From an uncultured Gemmatimonadota bacterium (GTDB lineage Bacteria > Blakebacterota > Blakebacteria > Blakebacterales > Blakebacteraceae): 64,000 nt of DNA. How positions within the stretch are numbered: the first letter of the stretch is position 1; every line of letters starts with the position of its first letter. Under the pieces are notes generated by a model. It had not been told where the DNA came from, searched no databases, and saw nothing but the letters and a program-made list of their open reading frames with translations. The translations under genes and the position numbers were made by a program. Where the stretch lies: NCBI GenBank assembly GCA_964576115.1, contig CAZNUA010000003.1:15116-79115 (forward strand), written 5' to 3'. Shown here piece by piece: positions 1-7,758 of this stretch.

Positions 1-1
1 C

Positions 2-295
2 GCCACCCTGGTACTGGCCTCGCCGACGGTGCTGGTCGGCCCGCATCCCTCGGCCGCCTATGCCGCCCTGATCGCCAATGCGCTGAAACCCAAAACCCGC
101 TTCGGGGCCATCGTCGGTTCCTACGGCTGGGGGGGCAAGATGGTCGAACAGCTCACCGCCCTGACCGGGAATCTGAAACTGGAATGGCTCGACCCGGTCA
201 TGGTCAAGGGCAAGGCGCGGGCCGAGGATTTCGCCTCACTCGAGGCCCTGGCCGAGGCCGTGGCCGCCAGGCACCGGGAGGCGGGGATTCTGTAA
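2..295 (+). CDS. C-terminal flavodoxin-like domain of a flavodiiron-type (FprA-like) protein; 5-prime end lies outside the window
   Basis: The frame is open from position 2. Translation ATLVLASPTVLVGPHPSAAYAAL...GSYGWGG carries the flavodoxin-fold signature SYGWGG typical of the C-terminal FMN domain of type-A flavoproteins. Stop at 293-295. Confidence 0.5.
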   Translation, partial: ATLVLASPTVLVGPHPSAAYAALIANALKPKTRFGAIVGSYGWGGKMVEQLTALTGNLKLEWLDPVMVKGKARAEDFASLEALAEAVAARHREAGIL

Positions 296-371
296 CCGGC
301 ACGGTCCAGTACCGTCCGGCATAGCATGACACAGGCGCCCGTTCCGGTAATCCGGTGCGGGCGTTCGTGCA

Positions 372-902
372 TTGTGCCGGGAGGGGGAGTGTGGCATGCT
401 TGGCGGTGAACCTGGAGGAGGTCTGATTACCGTGACGCAGTTACTGAAGTCATTCGAGAAAGTCATCGTGCTGACCCTGCTTGGTCTCATGATGCTGGCC
501 ATCCTGGCCTCGACGGTCGAATTGGCGATCATCCTGGTCCAGCAGCTCATCAAACCGCCCCTGCTGTTGCTGAACATCGGTGAGATGCTCGAAGTCTTTG
601 GCTTTTTCCTCATGGTGGTGATCGGGCTGGAACTGCTCGAAACGATCAAGGCCTACCTCGAGCAGGACAAAGTCCACGTCGAGGTGGTCTTCCTGGTGGC
701 CATGGTGGCCGTGGCCCGCAAGGTCATCATTCTAGACTACGCCTATATGACCGCCGGAGAACTGCTGGGCATGTCGGCCATCATCATCGCCCTCTCGGCC
801 GGCTACTACCTGGTCAAGCGCGGCCTGCGGCGCAGCTCGGTGATCGGCCCCGATCAGGCCGGCGAACCGGAACAACCGGCACAACCGTTCACGCATTCCT
901 GA
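372..902 (+). CDS. PsiE-like small integral membrane protein; start could instead be M396
   Basis: 176-aa ORF with four hydrophobic helices. Residue pattern (ETIKAYLEQDKVHVEVVFLVAMVAVARKVIILD) resembles the phosphate-starvation-inducible PsiE family. Confidence 0.4.
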   Translation: MCREGECGMLGGEPGGGLITVTQLLKSFEKVIVLTLLGLMMLAILASTVELAIILVQQLIKPPLLLLNIGEMLEVFGFFLMVVIGLELLETIKAYLEQDKVHVEVVFLVAMVAVARKVIILDYAYMTAGELLGMSAIIIALSAGYYLVKRGLRRSSVIGPDQAGEPEQPAQPFTHS

Positions 903-1049
903 GGAATACAAGCGCCAGCCCAAACCTCACCATCGCCGGTTACTCCGACAGGCTCCTGGAGGCATTGCTCGAGGGTATCGCCACCCTCGCTCGCCTTTCC
1001 CGGCTATCGCCGGTGGAACTTTTCCTTGCACGGGCTCGTATTATCTCTT

Positions 1050-1074
1050 AGTATTATACTTAATGTATAATACT
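1050..1074. promoter_or_regulatory. Perfect 10-5-10 inverted repeat AGTATTATAC-TTAAT-GTATAATACT overlapping a TATAAT box; putative PadR operator/promoter
   Basis: Read directly: 1050-1059 is the reverse complement of 1065-1074. The repeat sits in an AT-rich island just upstream of the PadR gene and contains a TATAAT hexamer. Confidence 0.5.
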
Positions 1075-1089
1075 AACGAGGGGATACAA

Positions 1090-1485
1090 ATGGGCACATC
1101 GACCGTCGAATACCTGCTCGCCCGGTGGGAGGAGAGCTACAAGAAGGGACTTCTCAGCTTTTGGCTCCTCCTTCTGCTGGCCCAGCGCCGGGCCTATCCC
1201 TACGAGATGAAGGAAGCGGTTGCGGAGATCAGCCGGGGATCCATCGTCGCCGAGGAGAACAGTATCTACCGTGCCCTGCGACGCCTGGCTGAATCGGGGG
1301 TCGTGGGCAGCGAGGTGCTGCCATCCCAGACCGGGCCCGATCGTCGTTACTTCTTCTTGACCCCGAAGGGGCGGGAGCTGCTGGGTACGTTCACCGAGCG
1401 GAACATCCGCATCTTCCAGGATCCCGAGTTCGCGTTCCTGCTGGAACAGGTTACGAACCCGTCACAGATCAACGAGAAAGGCTGA
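1090..1485 (+). CDS. PadR-family transcriptional regulator
   Basis: Winged-helix signature SIYRALRRLAESGVV...RRYFFLTPKGRELL. Start moved to the ATG at 1090, which has a GAGGGG RBS, because the 1063 ATG lies inside the palindrome. Confidence 0.8.
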   Translation: MGTSTVEYLLARWEESYKKGLLSFWLLLLLAQRRAYPYEMKEAVAEISRGSIVAEENSIYRALRRLAESGVVGSEVLPSQTGPDRRYFFLTPKGRELLGTFTERNIRIFQDPEFAFLLEQVTNPSQINEKG

Positions 1486-1488
1486 GTC

Positions 1489-1830
1489 ATGACGCACGAT
1501 GCATCCGTGTCTGAGAACCCCCGGCACCCGGACGAGATCCGGGCCTCGGAGCGGGGGACGGTACCGATCGAGAAGAAGCTCGAAAACCTGCGCCGGATCC
1601 TGCTGATCGCTTTCTTCGGCGTCACTCTTCCCGTCGCCATCCTGATTGTGCTGGCCTCCTTCTTTCTGGGGAGCGTCGAGGTCGGCAGCGGTCTGATGGC
1701 CGGTCTCAGCGGACCGTTTCTGCTGGGGATGGCCCTGCTCGGCGCCGCGGTCGTCATCGCCGCGGTCTGCCTGGTGATCTATTACGTGGTCAGGGCGAAG
1801 CTCGAACGGGACGAGGAACTGTTCCTGTGA
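1489..1830 (+). CDS. Small membrane protein co-transcribed with PadR; likely the PadR-controlled partner
   Basis: 113-aa ORF 4 bp after the PadR stop, with two predicted TM helices (ILLIAFFGVTLPVAILIVLASFFLG and LLGMALLGAAVVIAAVCLVIYYVV). Confidence 0.6.
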   Translation: MTHDASVSENPRHPDEIRASERGTVPIEKKLENLRRILLIAFFGVTLPVAILIVLASFFLGSVEVGSGLMAGLSGPFLLGMALLGAAVVIAAVCLVIYYVVRAKLERDEELFL

Positions 1831-1877
1831 GGATTGGCGGGCGGCCTCGAGCCTCGAGGCCGCCGGGCAATCCGGTC

Positions 1878-2564
1878 TTACCAGGAGATCGTCGAGAGCA
1901 GGAACTGGTTGTCGGGATTGCGGTCCTCGCCGCCGCTGGTGACGATGATGGCGGCGGGATCGTTGACCGGGCACTTCGTTTCGCAGATGCCGCAGCCGAT
2001 GCAGAGTTCGGCATCCACATGGGGGCGGTGCAGCTCGACCCGCTCTCCGTCGCGGTTCACCACCTCGACATCCTCGAGCCAGATGGCCTTCTCGGGCAGG
2101 GGGCAGTGCTCCTCGCAGACCACGCAGTCGGTGTCGTAGACCCAGGGCAGGCAGCGGGAGCGGTCCACTGCAGCGGTGCCGATCCGCCGTTCCTGCTTAG
2201 TGGCCAGATCGAGTTCCTCAATCGCCCCGGTGGGACAGACCTGACCGCAAAGGGTGCAGTTGTACTCGCAGTAGCCGATGGCGGCGATCATGAAAGGAGT
2301 CCAGAGTCCGGCCAGACCAGCCTCGAGGAGGGTGGGATGCAGGGCGTTGGTGGGGCAGACCTTCATGCAGGCCCCGCAGCGCAGGCAGCGGTCGAGAAAC
2401 TCGTCCTCGGCCAACGATCCCGGCGGCCGGACCAACCGGGGGTTCCAGGTCCGGCCCTGTACCTCGGGGGTGACCTTGAGCAGCAGGGTGGCCGCTACAC
2501 CGGTCCCGGCCGCGGTGACGAAAGAGCGCCGGGAGATACCGGTGGCTTTCTCTTTCTCAGGCAT
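1878..2564 (-). CDS. NapG/MauM-like periplasmic ferredoxin; Tat signal, four 4Fe-4S motifs
   Basis: Twin-arginine motif ISRRSFVTAAGTGVAA. Cys motifs CLRCGACMKVCP, CTLCGQVCP, CVVCEEHCP and CIGCGICETKCP match NapG architecture. ATG at 2564 chosen; a GTG at 2588 is also possible. Confidence 0.75.
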   Translation of the reverse strand: MPEKEKATGISRRSFVTAAGTGVAATLLLKVTPEVQGRTWNPRLVRPPGSLAEDEFLDRCLRCGACMKVCPTNALHPTLLEAGLAGLWTPFMIAAIGYCEYNCTLCGQVCPTGAIEELDLATKQERRIGTAAVDRSRCLPWVYDTDCVVCEEHCPLPEKAIWLEDVEVVNRDGERVELHRPHVDAELCIGCGICETKCPVNDPAAIIVTSGGEDRNPDNQFLLSTISW

Positions 2565-3648
2565 CGGGAGGGCGCTCCTCTCCTTCACCGACAGCGGCTT
2601 TTTTGCCAGCCGGACTGCCGGCGGCGGTAACCTCCGACACCCGGGTATCGGCGGCCGGTTTCTCCCCCTTCGGGGGCCGCTCCGGCAGCGGTCCGAGCAG
2701 GGTTCTCACCCGGCCGAAAAGCCGCCACCGGAAGCTGATCGCCCCGACCGGGCAGCGATCGCGGCAGTTGAAACACACGAAACATTCCTCCCGTTTCCAC
2801 TCCCCCGGCAGGTGCGGATCGCAGGCGCCGTGGCAGTCGAGCACACAGGCGTTGCAGTTGATGCACAGCTCGGGATCGTTGTGGACCTCGATCCGCATGA
2901 CTTTGGCAACCACCCCCAGCAGGGCGCCGAGGGGACAGACGTAGCGGCACCAGAAACGGAAGCGCAGCAGGGCCAGCCCGATCAGGCCCGTGAAGAAGAG
3001 TCCGATGAGAACCCCGCCGCGGTAGACGATCGGATCATAGGGCAGGGCGTGGTCGCGCAGAAAGGCGTAGACCGGTTCGGTCAGCAGGGTGATCCGTACC
3101 GCGCCGACTCCCGGATCCCAGTTGTAGAACCAGGTGAAGAGGGTATCGGTGCCCCAGACGAAAGCCGGGTAGACGCTGGTGGTCATGGTGCGGTAAAAAA
3201 GCGGGATCGGATCGAGAATTCCCCCCAGATGCAGGCCGGTCAGCGCGGCGGCCAGCACGCCGATCAGCACCAGGTACTTGCTGCGCATCCACCGGTTCCA
3301 GACCCCGGTCCGCAGGCGCTCCCGGGCCGGCTCGCGCCGCAGCCAGCTCACCAGGTTGAAGGTCGTTCCCAGAGGACAGACCCAGGAGCAGAAGACACGC
3401 CCCAGGACCAACGTGAGGGCGACGGTCAGAAGCGCCAGGAGCATGCCCTTGAGAACCGTCCCCGAAGCCAGGAAGGTGGTCAGCAGAACCAGGGGATCGA
3501 GATCGAGGAAGAGCCGCCCGATCGAACGGACCTCGTTCTCGCCGATCAGGGTCGTGCGCAGGAAAAGCCAGATGAAGAGAAACAGAAAGAATCCCTGCGA
3601 AAAGCGCCGCAGGAGCGTGATCTTCGACCGGCGTTTACGAGACATCGA
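2557..3648 (-). CDS. NapH/MauN-like integral-membrane polyferredoxin (NapH/NosR/NosH family)
   Basis: Two CxxxCP membrane motifs (CSWVCPLG, CRYVCPLG), multiple TM helices and a C-terminal 2x4Fe-4S region (CINCNACVLDC, CFVCFNCRDRCP). Start set at MSRKRRSK, with a 14-bp overlap with the upstream gene. Confidence 0.75.
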   Translation of the reverse strand, partial: SMSRKRRSKITLLRRFSQGFFLFLFIWLFLRTTLIGENEVRSIGRLFLDLDPLVLLTTFLASGTVLKGMLLALLTVALTLVLGRVFCSWVCPLGTTFNLVSWLRREPARERLRTGVWNRWMRSKYLVLIGVLAAALTGLHLGGILDPIPLFYRTMTTSVYPAFVWGTDTLFTWFYNWDPGVGAVRITLLTEPVYAFLRDHALPYDPIVYRGGVLIGLFFTGLIGLALLRFRFWCRYVCPLGALLGVVAKVMRIEVHNDPELCINCNACVLDCHGACDPHLPGEWKREECFVCFNCRDRCPVGAISFRWRLFGRVRTLLGPLPERPPKGEKPAADTRVSEVTAAGSPAGKKAAVGEGEERPPDA

Positions 3649-4585
3649 GGCGGACGGGCGCCAGGCTCTCGAAATCGCTGGTGCCCAACCCCAGGGCCTC
3701 GCCGGCCCGGGTGGTGTCGATCGACCCGGGCTCGAGACCGAAGAGAGTGGTGGCATAAGCCTCGGCAGCGACCGGATCGGTGGCGGCGATGACCTGGTCG
3801 CGCCGCTCCACGTCGTCCAGGCTGCCCCCGGTGGGGCCGTTGGCGATCAGCACGCGCACGGCGTCGATCACGGTCAGATCGCTCGGGACAAATCTGGCCA
3901 CGTCGGCCATGGCCGGGCCCAGGTTCTGGTGGATCCGCTCCCGCGGGTCGTCAAGCACACCCATCAGGTTCTTGATAGCCAGGGTCAGACGGGTGAAGCC
4001 GTGATGTTTGGCGATCGGCACGTTGATCCGCTTGTCGGCTTCGACGTAGTCGACGTAGATCGGCCAGCGGGGCAGGTGCTCGCCGCCGGTATCCATCTGC
4101 CGGAACTTGCGCCGGTCCATGAAGAAGACCTCGGCCCCCTCGGCCTCGGCGGCGGGCTGAATACCGCTGCGCAGATAGGTGCGGCGCTGGTCGTTGCAGG
4201 GATAGTCGGCGACCCTGACGCGGCGTGCTCCGGCTTCGTAGCACAGACGCACCAGGGTAGCGACCACGTCGGGATTGGTGCAGGCGGCCTGGCGGGGATT
4301 CTTGTCCCAGCCGATATTGGGTTTGACGAAAACGGTCTCGCCGCTCCCCACGAACCGGTTCATGCCGCCCATGGCCTCGACCGCCTTCTCGGTCAGGCGG
4401 ATCGCTTCGGCTTTGATCGCCTCGTCATCTTCGGCGGGATCGGTCCACCGGGCGATTGCCAGGGCGGGTTCGGCCGGCGGTTGCAGACCGGAGGGCAGCA
4501 GAAGCCCGCCCGGCGCCAGGCCGGCGGCGGTTGCTCCCCGGGCGGTGGTTTCGAGGAACGATCGACGCGTGATCTGGTGCGACAT
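3635..4585 (-). CDS. Tat-exported DUF362-domain protein
   Basis: RRSFLETTARGATAAGLA twin-arginine leader. Core VFVKPNIGWDKNPRQAACTNPDVVATLVRLCYEAGARRVRVADYP matches the DUF362 pattern (V.KPN...TT.P.v..al...). First gene of the DUF362-napH-napG-like operon. Confidence 0.6.
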   Translation of the reverse strand: MSHQITRRSFLETTARGATAAGLAPGGLLLPSGLQPPAEPALAIARWTDPAEDDEAIKAEAIRLTEKAVEAMGGMNRFVGSGETVFVKPNIGWDKNPRQAACTNPDVVATLVRLCYEAGARRVRVADYPCNDQRRTYLRSGIQPAAEAEGAEVFFMDRRKFRQMDTGGEHLPRWPIYVDYVEADKRINVPIAKHHGFTRLTLAIKNLMGVLDDPRERIHQNLGPAMADVARFVPSDLTVIDAVRVLIANGPTGGSLDDVERRDQVIAATDPVAAEAYATTLFGLEPGSIDTTRAGEALGLGTSDFESLAPVRLDVS

Positions 4586-4820
4586 GACTGCCTCCCACCC
4601 GCACGGGCGCGGGTATCCCGGATGTTCTTTCGTACTCCTCAGGATATTGCCCTCTCCACAGTATATAATGATATTTCCCGGAATGACCTCATCAAAGGAT
4701 GAGCCCGGGATTACCTGCGGGCATCTGTGGCACCGGTGAAGGAGGGTATAGTATCATACTCCGCCGGCGAGCGCGGCATAGGGCTGCCCGACTTCGACCG
4801 GCAGGGGAGAAAACCGGTCC

Positions 4821-6854
4821 ATGAGCCAGACCCGACTCAGCAAACAGCTCGGCACCGGAGCGGTCTTTTCGCTCAGCCTGGGACCGATGCTGGCCTCGGG
4901 AATCTTCCTGCTTCCGGCCCTCGTCTATGCCCAGGTCGGCCCGGCGGCCATTGCGGCCTATGCTGCTGCCGGTTTGCTGCTCGTCCCGTCGCTTCTGAGC
5001 AAGACCGAGTTGTCCACCGCCATGCCCCGGGCGGGGGGCACCTACTACTTTCTGGACCGCAGTCTCGGCCCCGTGGTCGGGACCGTCGCCGGAGCCGGCA
5101 CCTGGCTGGCTCTGGCCTTCAAGAGCGCCTTCGACCTGATCGGACTGGGTTTCTACCTCGTTCTCTTCCTCAACCTGGACTTCCGCCCCGTGGCGCTGGC
5201 TCTGTGCGTCGTTTTCGCCGGCCTGAGTATCAGCGGGGTGAAGAACGTGGCCCGGATTCAGATCATCCTGGTCTCGACCGTGGTGGCTCTGCTCGTCTTT
5301 TTCATCGCCCGGAGCGTTCCTGCGCTAAACGGTGCGGCCTTTACGCCATTCTTCACCGCTCCCGCCGGAGCCTTCCTGGGTGCGATCGGGATTCTCTTCG
5401 TCGGTTTCACCGGCATAACCAAGGTCGCCAGCGTCTCGGAAGAAGTAACCGATGTCGAACGGACCCTGCCGCGGGCCATGTTCGCCGCCCTGGGGGCGGC
5501 GACCCTGCTCTATGTGCTCGGCATGATCGTTCTGATCGGACTCATCGGCGGTCCCGCGCTGACAGCCTCCAGAACGCCGATCGCCGATGCCGCCGACGCT
5601 CTGCTGGGTCGTACCGGCCTGGTGGTGATGTCGATCGTGGCGATTATCGCTTTTGTGGCTTCGGCCAATGCCGGGATCACAGCCGCCAGTCGCTATCCGC
5701 TGGCGATGGGGCGCGACAGTCTGGCCCCGGCTGTTTTCGCCCGCCTCGGGCGTTTCGGCACGCCGGTCAATGCCATCCTCGTCACGGCGGGCCTGATCAT
5801 ACTCTTTATCCTCGTTCTCAGCCCGACCGGGATCGCCAAGCTGGCCAGCGGTTTCCAGCTGATGGTCTTTGGACTGATCAATCTGGCCGTGATCGTAATG
5901 CGCGAGAGCGAAATCGCCTCCTACGATCCGGGCTTCCGCTCGCCCGGTTATCCGTGGGTGCAGATCGTCGGCATCATCACCTCCCTGATTCTGATCCCCC
6001 AGCTGGGACTGCTGCCGCTTGTGCTCACCGCGGGAGTGATCGCGCTCAGCTTCCTCTGGTACTACCTCTATGCCCACGAGCGGGTCCAGCGCCGGGGGGC
6101 CCTCTACCACGTCTTCGAGCGGATCGGCCGATCAGCCTCGTCTCATGTCGATCACGAATTGCGGCAGATCATGCGCGAAAAGGGATTGCGCCGGCAGGAT
6201 CTGTTCGAGAACAGCATTCAACGGGCCACGGTCCTGGAGTGCGGCGGGGAGGAGTGTTTCGACGATCTCCTGCATCATGCGGCCCGGACTTTCAGCGAGC
6301 GGCTCGACGTATCCGAGGGAAACATCTACGCCGCCCTGAACGCTTCGAACCAGCTGGGGGAAACTCCGATCGGAAACCATATCGCCCTGCCGCACGCCCG
6401 GGTCGAGGGGATACGCACGCACGAACTGGTGATCGTCCACGCTGCCCGGGGTCTGCATATCGAGGGCAGCGACGAAGAGATCTACGCCATCTTCGTGCTC
6501 GTCGGACCTGTCGACGATCCGGGACAGCACCTGCGTTTCTTGGCCGAACTGGCCAACCGGTCCGAGGGGATCGATTTCGCCGGCGAGTGGCGCCGGATAG
6601 ACGATCCCGTCGAGATCAGGGAGCTCTTCGTCCGCTCGGGTGCGGTGCGGGAGGTAACCGTGACCGCACCCGATATCGTCGGCCTGACGATCAGTGAGGT
6701 ACGCATGCACGAGGAGTGCCTGATCGCCTTCATTACGCGGGGCGAGCGCATGGTCATCCCGCACGGTTCGACCGTGCTCGAGGCCGGCGATCTGGTCACG
6801 CTGGTGGGTGAGGAGGACGTGGTGGCCGACATGGCAGACCGTTTCAGGGCATGA
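4821..6854 (+). CDS. APC-superfamily amino-acid permease fused to a C-terminal PTS EIIA (type-2/Ntr-like) domain and a TrkA_C domain
   Basis: N-terminal ~430 aa has 12 TM helices of APC type (GTGAVFSLSLGPMLASGIFLLP). This is followed by GNHIALPHARVEG, the phospho-His signature of EIIA-2/PtsN, and a terminal TrkA_C-like module (VIPHGSTVLEAGDLVTLVGEE). Confidence 0.7.
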   Translation: MSQTRLSKQLGTGAVFSLSLGPMLASGIFLLPALVYAQVGPAAIAAYAAAGLLLVPSLLSKTELSTAMPRAGGTYYFLDRSLGPVVGTVAGAGTWLALAFKSAFDLIGLGFYLVLFLNLDFRPVALALCVVFAGLSISGVKNVARIQIILVSTVVALLVFFIARSVPALNGAAFTPFFTAPAGAFLGAIGILFVGFTGITKVASVSEEVTDVERTLPRAMFAALGAATLLYVLGMIVLIGLIGGPALTASRTPIADAADALLGRTGLVVMSIVAIIAFVASANAGITAASRYPLAMGRDSLAPAVFARLGRFGTPVNAILVTAGLIILFILVLSPTGIAKLASGFQLMVFGLINLAVIVMRESEIASYDPGFRSPGYPWVQIVGIITSLILIPQLGLLPLVLTAGVIALSFLWYYLYAHERVQRRGALYHVFERIGRSASSHVDHELRQIMREKGLRRQDLFENSIQRATVLECGGEECFDDLLHHAARTFSERLDVSEGNIYAALNASNQLGETPIGNHIALPHARVEGIRTHELVIVHAARGLHIEGSDEEIYAIFVLVGPVDDPGQHLRFLAELANRSEGIDFAGEWRRIDDPVEIRELFVRSGAVREVTVTAPDIVGLTISEVRMHEECLIAFITRGERMVIPHGSTVLEAGDLVTLVGEEDVVADMADRFRA

Positions 6855-7599
6855 GCATACCGCCGTTGACGTGCAGGACCTGGCCGGTGAGATAGGCGGC
6901 ATCGTCGGAGATGAGCCACTTCACTGCCCGGGCCACATCCTCGACCGTCCCCGGCCGCCCCAGCGGAATCTGCTTCATGAAAGCTTCTTTGACCTGGTCG
7001 GAGAGCACGTCGGTCATCTCGGTCTTGATGAATCCGGGGGCCACGGCGTTGACGGTCACGTTACGGCCGGCCAGCTCGCGGGCCACGCTCTTGGTGAAGC
7101 CGATGATCCCGGCTTTCGAGGCGGCGTAGTTGGCCTGGCTCACGTTCCCCATCAGGCCGACTACCGAGGCCATGCTGACGATCCGCCCGTAGCGCTGTTT
7201 CATCATCGGCCGCATGGCGATGTGGGTACAGACGAAGACACTGCGCAGGTTGACCTGGATCACGGCGTCCCAGTCGGCTTCCTTCATGCGCATGAAGAGG
7301 GTGTCGCGGGTGATCCCGGCGTTGTTGATAAGGATGTCGAGCCGCCCCCACTTTTCCATGATGGTATCCACGAAACCCTGTACGGCCTCGTAATTGGAGG
7401 CGTCGAGCCGTTCGCAGAGCACCTCGTGCCCCCGTTCCTCGACGAACTGGATGGTCCCGTCGGCCGAGTCGTCCTCGGGGGGATCGAAGTGATTGAAAGC
7501 CACCTTCATACCCGGCTCGAGAATCTCGGCTATGATCGCCCGGCCGATGCCCTTCGAACCGCCTGTTACGAGCGCCACGCGTCCTTCGCTTTCTGCCAT
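6844..7599 (-). CDS. fabG: 3-oxoacyl-[ACP] reductase (SDR family, FabG)
   Basis: VALVTGGSKGIGRAI Rossmann motif, NNAG, the catalytic S...YAASKAG triad and PGFIKTEM. 251 aa, typical length. Confidence 0.85.
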   Translation of the reverse strand: MAESEGRVALVTGGSKGIGRAIIAEILEPGMKVAFNHFDPPEDDSADGTIQFVEERGHEVLCERLDASNYEAVQGFVDTIMEKWGRLDILINNAGITRDTLFMRMKEADWDAVIQVNLRSVFVCTHIAMRPMMKQRYGRIVSMASVVGLMGNVSQANYAASKAGIIGFTKSVARELAGRNVTVNAVAPGFIKTEMTDVLSDQVKEAFMKQIPLGRPGTVEDVARAVKWLISDDAAYLTGQVLHVNGGMLMP

Positions 7600-7758
7600 G
7601 TCCCGTCTCTCCTTCCGACCGGCTCGACCCGCTGTGAAGATGCCGTCCGGAGTTTCAGCTTTCGTTTCCCCGACAGCAAGTCAAAACCTGCCGGTTGACG
7701 CCGGGGCTGTGCCCCGGTATGACTTGACCGTGCTCATCGTCCGCACGGAGGTCACCTC

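Noticed and set aside
2278-3792. 504-aa ORF on the plus strand
   Set aside because: Antisense to the NapH-like gene. It is Arg/Pro/Gly-rich and low-complexity, whereas the minus-strand gene carries clear Fe-S and TM motifs.
3278-4702. 474-aa ORF on the plus strand
   Set aside because: Antisense to the DUF362 gene, with a biased composition and no motifs.
4727-6697. 656-aa ORF on the plus strand, extremely Arg/Pro/Gly-rich
   Set aside because: It is an alternative frame of the APC permease gene (4821-6854) and has no domain-like features. This is the usual long-ORF artefact of high-GC DNA.
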